A stretch of DNA of 64,000 nucleotides from the NCBI GenBank assembly GCA_025453395.1, contig JALOQK010000003.1:82711-146710 (forward strand), written 5' to 3'. Position 1 is the stretch's first letter. Each line of letters opens with the position of its first letter. A model generated the notes under the pieces. It was not told the origin of the DNA. It made no database searches and saw only the letters and a program-made list of their open reading frames with translations. This stretch comes from Candidatus Omnitrophota bacterium (GTDB taxonomy: Bacteria > Omnitrophota > Gorgyraeia > Gygaellales > Profunditerraquicolaceae). A program made the translations under genes and the position numbers. Shown here piece by piece: positions 1-9,117 of this stretch.

Positions 1-239
1 AAGCTGTTCTAGGCAGGCGTATTGCGATATCTGTGATATGGGTAGCAGCATCCCCCGGGTTAATTCATGGGCGAAGGTTGCCGTGTGCAGTTGGCAGCAG
101 TAGCTTTGCTCAGTGTTGAAGTATATAAAATAAAGCCGGGTGGCTAATAGGCACAGGGCAAGAAAAAGAAATGTTGGATTCTTTGGGGCGGATAGCTTGC
201 GCATATTTTTGATGAAAGTGATTATAGCATATTATCCAA

Positions 240-400
240 TGCTTTAACAATAACCAATAATCAAGTTACCAATAATCCAATAATCATCAAACATCAATTA
301 CCAATACCCAAACTTGTTTGAAAACCCGTTTGGTTATTCGGATATTGATTATTGGAATTTGTTTGGTTATTGAAATTTGGTAATTGGGTATTATTATGTT
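240..400. repeat. AT-rich imperfect palindrome (about 160 bp) built from CCAATAAT / ATTATTGG units with a central CCAAAC..GTTTGG inverted repeat. Its 3' half recurs at 33675-33750.
   Basis: Direct reading: repeated 'accaataat' units at 240-320, their reverse complements ('ttggttattg', 'attgattattgg') at 330-400, and the palindromic centre 'ccaaacttgtttgaaaacccgtttgg'. Confidence 0.6.
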
Positions 401-428
401 ATACTACTGTCATTAAACAGGAGGAGAA

Positions 429-749
429 ATGGCTACAATAGAAGATTTCAAGAAAATAGAATTAAGGATCGGCCAGATTATAGAGGCAACAGAGCATCCT
501 AATGCCGACCGGCTTTTTGTGATTAAGGTGGACCTGGGAGATAAACAGAAGCAGTTAGTGGCGGGCATAAGAGCTTCTTACCAGAAAGAAGATTTAATCG
601 GCAAACAGGTTGTGGTTGTGGATAATCTGGAATCTGCGATGTTAAGGGGCGTGGAAAGCCAGGGCATGCTTTTGGCCTGTTCTGATGAAACAGGCATTGC
701 CATTGTTTCGCCGCAGCGGCAGATGAAATTAGGAAGCATTGTCAAATGA
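429..749 (+). CDS. tRNA-binding domain protein (CsaA / Trbp111 / MetRS C-terminal-like fold)
   Basis: 106 aa. Begins 'DFKKIELRIGQIIEATEHPNADRLFV..VDLG', the classic tRNA-binding-arm motif. RBS 'aggagg' at 419-424. Confidence 0.7.
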   Translation: MATIEDFKKIELRIGQIIEATEHPNADRLFVIKVDLGDKQKQLVAGIRASYQKEDLIGKQVVVVDNLESAMLRGVESQGMLLACSDETGIAIVSPQRQMKLGSIVK

Positions 750-1255
750 AGCTTAAACAAATCGTTCCCGAAAGTTTTTGTTTGAAATGCCAGGGGTGCT
801 GCCGTTTTCGCCAGGCCAATTCACCATGGCTGCCCTGTTTAATGCACGAGGAGATACAGGATTTACTGGATAGAAAAATACCGCCTGTGTCTATTTCCAT
901 AGATAGAAAGATCCAGCCGGTTTTTGATCCGCAATCAGAGATGTATCTATGCGCCCTTCTGGATAAGCCCTCTAATAAATGCAAGATTTACGGTTTTCAC
1001 CCCTTTGAATGCCAGCTTTATCCTTTTTTGATAAACTTACGCCAGGACAAAGCCATTATTACTGTGGATATGAATTGTCCGTATGTGGAAAAAAGCGCGC
1101 ATACGCAAGAATTTAGAGACTATGTTAAATACCTAACCGAATTTTTAAATGCCCCGGAGCAAATAAAGCTTATTAAAAACAACCCCCAGAACTTAGAGGC
1201 CTATGAAGAGCTGGCAAAGGTTATTGAATTAAATCTTCCCGATGAAGCTGCGTAA
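746..1255 (+). CDS. YkgJ-family (UPF0153) putative Fe-S / zinc-chelating protein
   Basis: N-terminal 'CLKCQGCC' = CxxCxxCC signature of YkgJ family. 169 aa. Start overlaps the upstream stop (ATGA). Confidence 0.55.
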   Translation: MKLKQIVPESFCLKCQGCCRFRQANSPWLPCLMHEEIQDLLDRKIPPVSISIDRKIQPVFDPQSEMYLCALLDKPSNKCKIYGFHPFECQLYPFLINLRQDKAIITVDMNCPYVEKSAHTQEFRDYVKYLTEFLNAPEQIKLIKNNPQNLEAYEELAKVIELNLPDEAA

Positions 1256-2153
1256 GCTATCACTAAAGAGCCGTGAAATATTTCAGGCGCATCTAAGAAA
1301 CTATAAATGCAATTTAGCCGCATATTCTTTTGAGAATATTTATATTTGGAAATGCCTGTTCGATATCAGGTGGGCAATTATCGAAAATAACCTCTGTATC
1401 TTTTTTAAAGATAGCTTTGGGACATTTCTTTATTTGCCGCCATTAGGCAAAAAGCCAGAGGCGCTATTAACGGGCGGGCTTTTTGCCTTTCTGGATAGTT
1501 TGAACAGGAATTCAGAAGTAAGCCGGATTGAAAACGTAAGAGAAGAAGAAGCCAACTTTTATAAAGCTTTAGGCTATGATGTTTCCCCAAAGCCGGGAGA
1601 TTTTATTTACGTTCGTCAAGCGCTTGCGGATTTGCGCGGAAATAAATATAAATCAAAGCGCTCCAGTTTGAATTTTTTCATCAAGAATTATCCGGCGCGG
1701 GTATTTGCCTATAAAGCTCAGCACGCGAAAGAGTGTTTAAAACTTTATAAAAACTGGGCAACAGCCCGAGCTAAGGAAACAACCGACACTTTTTATATCG
1801 GCATGATGGATGATAGCTATAAGGCTTTAGAGGTTTTATTGAAGAGCCAAAAAGGCTTGCGCTATCAAGGGATAGTGGTAGAAATAGGCGGTAAAATCTG
1901 CGCTTTTAGCTTAGGCTATGAATTAAACGGCCAATGTTTTTGCATTTTATATGAAGTAGCGGATTTATCCTATAAAGGAATAGCGCAATTTATTTTTCAG
2001 GAATTCTGCCGCAGGTTAGAGGATTATAAATACATTAATGCTATGGATGATTCTGGTTTAGATTCTCTTCGCCGGATAAAGCTTTCTTATCGCCCCGCAG
2101 AAATTATTCCCGCATATATTGTGAAGCAAAAGAATATCCAAAGCCGCAGTTAA
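1242..2153 (+). CDS. DUF2156-like protein (resembles the C-terminal aminoacyl-lipid transferase domain of MprF/LysX; GNAT-like fold)
   Basis: 303 aa; 'YSFENIYIWK' N-terminal block and overall size typical of standalone LPG_synthase_C/DUF2156 proteins. Assignment from memory of the family pattern only. Confidence 0.35.
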   Translation: MKLRKLSLKSREIFQAHLRNYKCNLAAYSFENIYIWKCLFDIRWAIIENNLCIFFKDSFGTFLYLPPLGKKPEALLTGGLFAFLDSLNRNSEVSRIENVREEEANFYKALGYDVSPKPGDFIYVRQALADLRGNKYKSKRSSLNFFIKNYPARVFAYKAQHAKECLKLYKNWATARAKETTDTFYIGMMDDSYKALEVLLKSQKGLRYQGIVVEIGGKICAFSLGYELNGQCFCILYEVADLSYKGIAQFIFQEFCRRLEDYKYINAMDDSGLDSLRRIKLSYRPAEIIPAYIVKQKNIQSRS

Positions 2154-2226
2154 TAATTCTTTAACATTAACCTCCTTTCTATTATAATAGACGCGTGGCG
2201 TAGCCTGAATCTTACGGGAAATTTTA

Positions 2227-2826
2227 TTGATGAATAAAGACATAAACGAAGTAGAATTTACTCTTTTTGATACCGAGACTACTGGTTTAAGCCCGGTGGC
2301 AGGGGACAGGGTTGTAGAGATAGCAGGCCTGCGTTTTAAGGGGGATCAGGTAATTGACGTCTTTGAATCTTTTGTGCAAACCGGCAAAGAAATTTCTCCC
2401 GGGGCTTTTGCAGTGAATAAGATCACCCCCCAGATGCTAAAAAACGCTCCTCTTCCCAATGAGGCGATCCCAAATTTTGTAGAATTTGCTAAGGATAGTT
2501 GCCTTTTATCTTATAATGCTATTTTTGATTGGGATTTTTTGACCAATGAATTGAGCTTAATCGGCATGAACTTGCCGCAGGAGACGGAGATTTTAGATAT
2601 TTTAAAGATGGCTCGCCGGGCAATGCCCGGATTAGGCCGGTATCCATTGTGGTTTGTGGCGCAAACTTTAGGCGTAGAAAATCCGCAAGAGCACCGCGCT
2701 TTAGCCGACGCCAAGATGTCTTTCAAAGTATTCTTGAAACTTAAAGCCATGTTAAAAACAAAAGGCGTGGAAGATTTTTCAGCTCTTTTGAATCTCTCGC
2801 GCATACAGCAAAGGTGTAATTTATGA
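2227..2826 (+). CDS. DnaQ-like 3'-5' exonuclease (DNA polymerase III epsilon family, DEDDh)
   Basis: 'FDTETTGL' Exo I motif, 'YNAIFDWDFL' Exo II, 'HRALADA' Exo III. Confidence 0.8.
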   Translation: MMNKDINEVEFTLFDTETTGLSPVAGDRVVEIAGLRFKGDQVIDVFESFVQTGKEISPGAFAVNKITPQMLKNAPLPNEAIPNFVEFAKDSCLLSYNAIFDWDFLTNELSLIGMNLPQETEILDILKMARRAMPGLGRYPLWFVAQTLGVENPQEHRALADAKMSFKVFLKLKAMLKTKGVEDFSALLNLSRIQQRCNL

Positions 2827-5189
2827 AAATCACGGCATCTAAGCTTTTTTTAGCCTTTGCAGTGCTTGTTTTATCGGGATGCCTGCCCAATAATTCCAGT
2901 ATTTCTCCCCAAGCCGCCATTTCGCAATCGGAAAAATATTACCAAGAAGGCATCGCAGGATACAAGAAACTTATAGCGGAAGGAAAAGACACAGACAATT
3001 TATATTTTAAATTGGGGCAGGTTTATTTCGGGCATGGCGAATTTGATAAAGCAATAGAGCAGTTTAAAAAAAGCAATAATCCAGAAGCAAGAAAGTATCT
3101 GGGTATTGCATATTTCAACCGCGGAAATTTTGTGGACGCGCTTGATACTTTCGCTAAGGTTGTCTCTCCGGATGACCAGGCCAATTACTACCACGGGTTA
3201 ACCGCGGAGAAACTGAATCTTTTTGACCAGGCGACTTCTTTTTATCAAAAGATCAAGGCGGGCAGGTTTTTACTGGAGGCGCGCTTAAGAATAAGTGAAA
3301 TTGAAAAGCAAGGGCGGGGTCTGAAGATTTCGCAGATATCGCCAGAAATAGCAAAGCTAATTCAGAGGCATCCTGCTCTTGAAAACTATCCTGAAGCAGG
3401 CACCCTTGTTCTTCTCTGCGACGAGAGAGTGCGCATTACCAAGGAGAATACAGAGATTTCCCAAATGCATTATCTGATCCAAGTGTTGAATCAGCGCGGC
3501 AAAGAGGATTGCGCTGAGACGGGCATAGAATATGATTCTACTTTTGAAAAAGTAGAGCTTGAATACGCGCGCACCATTAAACCTGACGGGACAGTCGTGG
3601 ATGTGGGCAGCCGCCATATCCGCGATGTTTCCAAATATATGAACTTTCCGCTTTATAGCAATGCCAGGGTGTATATTATTTCTTTCCCGGAGATTGCTGA
3701 AAACGCGGTTATTGAGTATAAATACAAAATCACCCGCAATAAGCTTGTCAATGATAAGGATTTTGTCACTGCCTATCCGCTTAAAGGCAAGGATCCGATA
3801 TTAAAAGCCAGATTTGAATTGGTTGTGCCTAAAGACAGGCAGCTTAGGTTTAAGATCATCAATGAGCAATTTAATGATTCTAAGGCCAAGCTAGAGCCGC
3901 AGGTTTCACAAGATAATGACGATAAAATTTATTCATGGGATTTTAAAGATATCCCGCAGATCGTTCCCGAACCGGATATGCCTGACGCGGTTAAGATCAA
4001 TCCGACAATTATGATTTCTTCTTTTTCCGGATGGGACAGCATTTATAAATGGTGGCAAGGCCTGTCAGCGGATAAAATCAAGCCGGATAAAGATATATCA
4101 GAAAAAACCTTGCAGCTAGTTAAAGGAAAGAAGACTGCCCGCGAAAAGGCCGCGGCAATATATGAATTTTGTTCTCGTAAAATAAGATATGTAGCCGTAG
4201 AATATGGGCAGGCAGGTTATCAGCCGCATCAGGCAGCGGATATCTTTAGCAATAAATATGGAGATTGTAAAGATAAGGCCATACTTTTGGTGACTATGTT
4301 GCGTTTGGCGGACTTACAAGCCTATCCGGTACTTATTCCCACAGAAGAGCTTTATGATCTGGATAAAGAATTTCCATCGATGATATTTAATCATGCCATT
4401 GCCGCGGTTATGCTGGGCAAAGAAATGATTTTTATGGATCCTACGTGCGAGGCCTGTTCTTTTGCAGACTTGCCTTCCGCAGACCAAGGAAGAAATGTGC
4501 TGGTGTTTACCCCTTCCGAATATACGATCGTCAATACCCCATTGTCTGAACCGCAACACAATTACCTGCAGCAGAAGTTATCCATTAAGATAAATCCTGA
4601 CGAAACTATAACAGCCAAGAGGACAGTAGTTTCTTCCGGCGTATACGCGCAAGCCCAAAGGTATTGGCTGTGGTATACTTCTCCGGAATTGATCGCTCAG
4701 ACCTTGCGGGGGAAAATACAAGGCATATCTATCGGAGCGCAATTAATCGATTATAAGTTTCAAAATTTAGAGGATCTAAGCCTGCCCGCCCGCTTGGAAT
4801 ATGATTTTCGGGGCAGTGAGTATCTGACATTGGCCGGGGATATGCGCATTCTGCCGCAATTTGCTTCGGTGGATGTCTCAATTGTGGCCCAAGAAAAAAG
4901 GATGTTTGATATACAAATTGGGTTTTTAAGCCAGGAAGACGTGGAGTTGGAGGTTGATATCCCTAAAGGGTTTGTGGTAAAATATATGCCTGATTGCATA
5001 AAAAAAGAAAGCCCTTGGTTTGATCTGGACGTGCAATATAAAATACAAAGCAACAGGATCTATTTTAAACAGAGCTCTATTGTTAAGCAAAGAAAGATAA
5101 GCCAGGGCCAATACGGACAATTCAAGAAATTTATTCAGGACCTGGCGCAGGCAATCAAGCAGAGGATTGTACTTGAAAAAGCAAGATGA
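2823..5189 (+). CDS. Lipoprotein with N-terminal TPR repeats, DUF3857-like region and transglutaminase-like cysteine-protease core
   Basis: Signal peptide plus lipobox 'LSGC'. TPR-like 'YFKLGQVYFGHGEFDKAIEQF'. 'YGDCKDKAILLVTMLR' resembles the transglutaminase-like Cys core. 788 aa. Confidence 0.5.
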   Translation: MKITASKLFLAFAVLVLSGCLPNNSSISPQAAISQSEKYYQEGIAGYKKLIAEGKDTDNLYFKLGQVYFGHGEFDKAIEQFKKSNNPEARKYLGIAYFNRGNFVDALDTFAKVVSPDDQANYYHGLTAEKLNLFDQATSFYQKIKAGRFLLEARLRISEIEKQGRGLKISQISPEIAKLIQRHPALENYPEAGTLVLLCDERVRITKENTEISQMHYLIQVLNQRGKEDCAETGIEYDSTFEKVELEYARTIKPDGTVVDVGSRHIRDVSKYMNFPLYSNARVYIISFPEIAENAVIEYKYKITRNKLVNDKDFVTAYPLKGKDPILKARFELVVPKDRQLRFKIINEQFNDSKAKLEPQVSQDNDDKIYSWDFKDIPQIVPEPDMPDAVKINPTIMISSFSGWDSIYKWWQGLSADKIKPDKDISEKTLQLVKGKKTAREKAAAIYEFCSRKIRYVAVEYGQAGYQPHQAADIFSNKYGDCKDKAILLVTMLRLADLQAYPVLIPTEELYDLDKEFPSMIFNHAIAAVMLGKEMIFMDPTCEACSFADLPSADQGRNVLVFTPSEYTIVNTPLSEPQHNYLQQKLSIKINPDETITAKRTVVSSGVYAQAQRYWLWYTSPELIAQTLRGKIQGISIGAQLIDYKFQNLEDLSLPARLEYDFRGSEYLTLAGDMRILPQFASVDVSIVAQEKRMFDIQIGFLSQEDVELEVDIPKGFVVKYMPDCIKKESPWFDLDVQYKIQSNRIYFKQSSIVKQRKISQGQYGQFKKFIQDLAQAIKQRIVLEKAR

Positions 5190-7126
5190 CCCATAAATCA
5201 GAAGCTTTAAACCGCAGGCAGTATGTGCGCCTGGATTCCGTGTTTCCTGTAGGCTTCAGGCTTTTTAAGAAAGACGCCAATTGTTTTCTTTCCGGCTGGG
5301 TCCAGGGGTTTACCAGTAACGTCGGGAAAGGCGGGATTTGTCTTGAGGCGCGTAAGATAAATCCCGAAATAGCCAGGCTTTTAAATGACCCATCAGTGGC
5401 CTTAGAAATAGAGTTACTGATGCCCTTAGGCTCAAGCGCTATCCGGGCAAAAGCGGAAGTGATTTGGGTAAGCAGAGGGCAATCCGAAGATGAGTATGTC
5501 ATCGGGTTAAAGTATGCTTCTATTTTGGAAAGTCAGCGTCGGAAGATTATCCGTTACGCGTGGGGAAAGAAAATATTCACCCCGTTGGTTTTATCGTTGG
5601 TTGCGATATTGGCGGTGGGTTTGCTTGTGAATAGCTATCTGCATCTAAGATTAATCCGGCAAAACCGCCAGCTCATAGAACAATTAGTTGTTTCCCGGAA
5701 AGAAGTTGAACGGATACAAAGCACGCTTGAAAAGATAACCGGGGAAAAAGCCAGCCTTCAGGAAAACCTAAAGGCTTTGGAAGAAAAGCTTAATAATACT
5801 ACAGAGGCAAAAAGCAGATTGTTGCCGGAGTCTATTCACGAGGCGCAGTCTTTGGTGAAATTGCGTGAAGCCAATTTATTAATCGCTCAAATAAATAAAG
5901 AACGAGCCTTCTTAAAGGAAAAGCTGTCTGAATTGTCAAATACCCAGGCACAGGCAGCAGAGCAATTAACCAGCGTTGAAAAGACGCGTCTGCGCTTAGA
6001 AAGGGCCAATGTGGACAAAATGTATGAGTGGATCAAGGTGCATCAAAGCCCGCGCACCGGCCTGGTGATGAGTTTTGAGGGCGACAAAGATTTTGCCTCG
6101 TGGGCGTTTACTTACGACCAGGCGTTATCAGCGCTGGCCTTTACTTATTTTGGGGACTACGCGCGTTCCAGGAAAATATTTGATTTTTACCTGAATAAAG
6201 CCGAGAAATTGCGCTGGGGGTTCTTAAACGGATATTATTTCAACGATGGGGCTGCGGCGGAATACACAGTGCATTCCGGGCCTAATCTTTGGGTGGGCAT
6301 AGCTATAGCGCAATATACGCGCAGAACCAATGATACTTCGTATTTGCCTTTGGCGGAAAAGATCGCTGATTTTATTATATCTTTGCAATCTGAAGATCAG
6401 GATTCGGGAATCCGCGGAGGCCCGGATGTTAAATGGTTTTCTACCGAGCATAACCTCGATGCCTATGCTTTTTTAAATATGCTTTATATCCTAACCGGCA
6501 AAAACAAATACCTTGTTGCCAGGGACGGGGTATTGGAATGGCTTAAGAAACACACCTATGATCAATATGATGTCCCGATTAATCGCGGCAAGGGAGATTC
6601 TACTATTGCCACCGATACTTATGCCTGGTCTGTGGCCGCGCTGGGCCCGGAAAAACTTATCGCCATCGGCATGGATCCGGTGGATATTATGGACTTTGCC
6701 GATAAGAATTGCGCGGTAGAAGTAGATTATATGCGCCCCGAAGCAGTCAAGGTAAGAGTAAAAGGTTTTGATTTTGCTGCCCAAAGGCATGTTGCAAGAC
6801 CAGCAGTGGTTTCCTCAGAGTGGACATCCCAGATGATCCTATCTTTTAAGATCATGGCGGATTTTTTAAGCCGCACCGGCCAGACCAAGAAAGCGCTGGA
6901 TTATAAACAGAAAGCGCAAGATTATTTAGCTTCTTTAAGCGGCATGATCATTTCAAGCCCTTCAGCCTCTGGCCAGGGGCAGGGGTGTCTTCCTTATGCC
7001 AGCGAAGACTTTGTGGATACCGGGCACGGGTGGACCACGCCTAAGGGGAAATCCACCGGTTCTCTTGCCGGGACAGCTTACACGATCTTTGCCTACTATA
7101 ATTTTAATCCTTTGAATTTTGAGTAA
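5186..7126 (+). CDS. PilZ-domain (c-di-GMP-binding) protein with a TM segment, a long coiled coil and a C-terminal alpha/alpha-toroid-like (glycoside-hydrolase-like) domain
   Basis: 'RRQYVRLD' (RxxxR) followed by 'NVGKGGICL' (D/NxSxGG) are the two PilZ motifs. A hydrophobic segment lies at about aa 125-148. A heptad-rich region follows (EKITGEKASLQENLKALEEKLNN...). The C-terminus has W/Y/F-rich helical repeats. Confidence 0.55.
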   Translation: MTHKSEALNRRQYVRLDSVFPVGFRLFKKDANCFLSGWVQGFTSNVGKGGICLEARKINPEIARLLNDPSVALEIELLMPLGSSAIRAKAEVIWVSRGQSEDEYVIGLKYASILESQRRKIIRYAWGKKIFTPLVLSLVAILAVGLLVNSYLHLRLIRQNRQLIEQLVVSRKEVERIQSTLEKITGEKASLQENLKALEEKLNNTTEAKSRLLPESIHEAQSLVKLREANLLIAQINKERAFLKEKLSELSNTQAQAAEQLTSVEKTRLRLERANVDKMYEWIKVHQSPRTGLVMSFEGDKDFASWAFTYDQALSALAFTYFGDYARSRKIFDFYLNKAEKLRWGFLNGYYFNDGAAAEYTVHSGPNLWVGIAIAQYTRRTNDTSYLPLAEKIADFIISLQSEDQDSGIRGGPDVKWFSTEHNLDAYAFLNMLYILTGKNKYLVARDGVLEWLKKHTYDQYDVPINRGKGDSTIATDTYAWSVAALGPEKLIAIGMDPVDIMDFADKNCAVEVDYMRPEAVKVRVKGFDFAAQRHVARPAVVSSEWTSQMILSFKIMADFLSRTGQTKKALDYKQKAQDYLASLSGMIISSPSASGQGQGCLPYASEDFVDTGHGWTTPKGKSTGSLAGTAYTIFAYYNFNPLNFE

Positions 7127-7764
7127 TGGATGTTAAAAAAGAATTAAAAGATATTTATAAAAAGTTATTCCGTTGTTTCGGGCGGCAATATTGGTGGCCG
7201 GCAGAAAGCCCTTTTGAGGTGATGGTCGGCGCGATATTAACCCAGAATACAAACTGGCGCAATGTAGAGAAAGCCATCGGTAATCTTAAGCAGAATAAGG
7301 CTCTTGACCCATTCAAGATGCTGGCTATGCCGCATAAGAAATTAGCCTGCATGATCCGGCCCGCGGGTTACTATAATATTAAAACCAAGAGGCTCAAAGA
7401 GTTCTTAAAATTCTTTACCCGTATTTATAAAGCTGACTTTGGCCTGATGCGCGCGCAAAATACTGATGCGTTGCGCAAAGAACTCTTGGCGGTAAAAGGC
7501 ATTGGAGAAGAAACCGCTGACTCCATACTTCTTTACGCCTTAAGCAAGCCGGTGTTTGTGATTGATGCCTACACAAAGAGGCTTCTTGCGCGGCACAATT
7601 TTATTGCCGGCAGTTGCCTGTATCAGCAGGCGCAGAAAATATTTATGGAAAACCTTAATAAAGACGTGAAAATGTTTAACGAATACCATGCCTTGATAGT
7701 AAAATTGAACAAAGAATTTTGCTTGAAAAACAACCCGAGGTGCCGGATATGTCCATTAAAGTAA
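7126..7764 (+). CDS. Endonuclease III-like HhH-GPD DNA glycosylase with C-terminal 4-Cys [4Fe-4S] loop
   Basis: 'GAILTQNTNWRNVEKA' HhH-GPD block. C-terminal 'C..NNPRCRICPL' Cys cluster. Confidence 0.7.
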   Translation: MDVKKELKDIYKKLFRCFGRQYWWPAESPFEVMVGAILTQNTNWRNVEKAIGNLKQNKALDPFKMLAMPHKKLACMIRPAGYYNIKTKRLKEFLKFFTRIYKADFGLMRAQNTDALRKELLAVKGIGEETADSILLYALSKPVFVIDAYTKRLLARHNFIAGSCLYQQAQKIFMENLNKDVKMFNEYHALIVKLNKEFCLKNNPRCRICPLK

Positions 7765-9113
7765 GCGATTTTTTATACAGGGTTTCCAATACCTATTTTA
7801 TTCAATATCTCCAGGAGATATTCGATATAGACCTTGATGAGATGCGCGAGATCCAGAAGGATTTTCTCTCGCAGATGAAGCGCGGCCTGCAGGGCAAGGA
7901 AAGCCCGTTAAAAATGCTGGTTACTTATGCGCATATGCCCGATGGCAATGAAAGAGGCAGTTTCATCGCCCTGGATTTAGGCGGGACAAATTTACGTATT
8001 CTTTTAGTAGAACTGCAGGGTGCCGGAAAAGTAAGGATGGTGAAAGAAAAGCGGGTTACTATACATAAGAGGCATACCCGGGGCAAGGCGGCCAAGCTTT
8101 TTGGTTTTATCGCCCGCTCTATTGAAGATTTTATGCGCGAATGCCGCATTAAACCATACATGAAAATAAACATAGGTTTTACCTTTTCTTTTCCGGTGAA
8201 GCAATTGGCAATTAACAGGGGAAAATTAATGCATTGGACTAAAGACTTTGCCATTACTGAAGAAGAGGGGTTGGATGTGGTAGAGCTTTTGAATTGCGCC
8301 CTTACCAAGAGAAATTTGCATAATCTAAAAGTCGCGGCACTCTTAAATGACACGGTAGGCACCCTTGTGACAAGGGGATACTCAGAACATGATTGCGACG
8401 CAGGCATGATCCTTGGCACCGGGACCAACGCCTGTTATATAGAAAAGCCTTCTAATATTACCAAGGCGCATATTAAAGGCTTAAAGAAAAAGGGCATGAT
8501 TGTCAATATCGAGTGGGGAAATTTTGATAAACTGCGTTTGACTGAATATGACCGCGCTATTGATAAAGAGTCCGGGAATATCGGGATGCAGCTTTTGGAA
8601 AAAACCGTTTCCGGAAAATATTTAGGCGAGATCGTGCGCGTGACTTTAAAGGATCTGGCGCGCAGGAAATTTATTTTCAGCCTTTATCCGCAAAGCAGGC
8701 CCTTTGATAAGCCGGGCACATTTAATGCCGAGTATTTATCGCGCATAGAGGCGGATTCTTCTTCGGATTTAAAGCAGGTCGCCTCTGTTTTTAAAGAAAT
8801 AGGAGCTGCGCCAACGGTTCTTGCCGAAAGGCGCTTGGTGAAAAATACCTGTGGCATTATAAGCCGAAGAGCAGCACGGATCATAGCTTCTGTGTTAACA
8901 GCGGTGATCTTTAAAATGGACCCCTATTTTCTTAAGCGCCACGTGGTGGCTGTAGACGGAAGTTTATATGAAAAGCATCCGTTTTTCTCTGCACATATAC
9001 TTGAAGCCATGCGGGAATTATTAGGCAAGCGCGCAGATAAAATAACCCTGGAATTAACCAAGGATGGTTCGGGAAAAGGCGCGGCGATCGTGGCGGCAAT
9101 ATCCACAGGTTAA
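7749..9113 (+). CDS. Hexokinase (eukaryotic-type hexokinase family; Hexokinase_1/_2 domains)
   Basis: 'LDLGGTNLR' and 'GFTFSFPVKQ' are the hexokinase signature (LGFTFSFP). Start taken at internal Met 'MSIKVSD' to limit overlap with the upstream gene. Confidence 0.8.
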   Translation: MSIKVSDFLYRVSNTYFIQYLQEIFDIDLDEMREIQKDFLSQMKRGLQGKESPLKMLVTYAHMPDGNERGSFIALDLGGTNLRILLVELQGAGKVRMVKEKRVTIHKRHTRGKAAKLFGFIARSIEDFMRECRIKPYMKINIGFTFSFPVKQLAINRGKLMHWTKDFAITEEEGLDVVELLNCALTKRNLHNLKVAALLNDTVGTLVTRGYSEHDCDAGMILGTGTNACYIEKPSNITKAHIKGLKKKGMIVNIEWGNFDKLRLTEYDRAIDKESGNIGMQLLEKTVSGKYLGEIVRVTLKDLARRKFIFSLYPQSRPFDKPGTFNAEYLSRIEADSSSDLKQVASVFKEIGAAPTVLAERRLVKNTCGIISRRAARIIASVLTAVIFKMDPYFLKRHVVAVDGSLYEKHPFFSAHILEAMRELLGKRADKITLELTKDGSGKGAAIVAAISTG

Positions 9114-9117
9114 AAAC

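Noticed and set aside
1-230. Possible tRNA, SRP RNA or other small RNA at the window start (GGCAGCAG-like motif, mixed GC)
   Set aside because: Could not assemble a cloverleaf (no GTTCRA T-loop with matching acceptor stem) or the SRP domain IV consensus. Likely just the 3' flank of an upstream gene. Left unannotated.
7925-8428. 167-aa minus-strand ORF inside the hexokinase gene
   Set aside because: Antisense to a gene with strong hexokinase signatures. No motif support.
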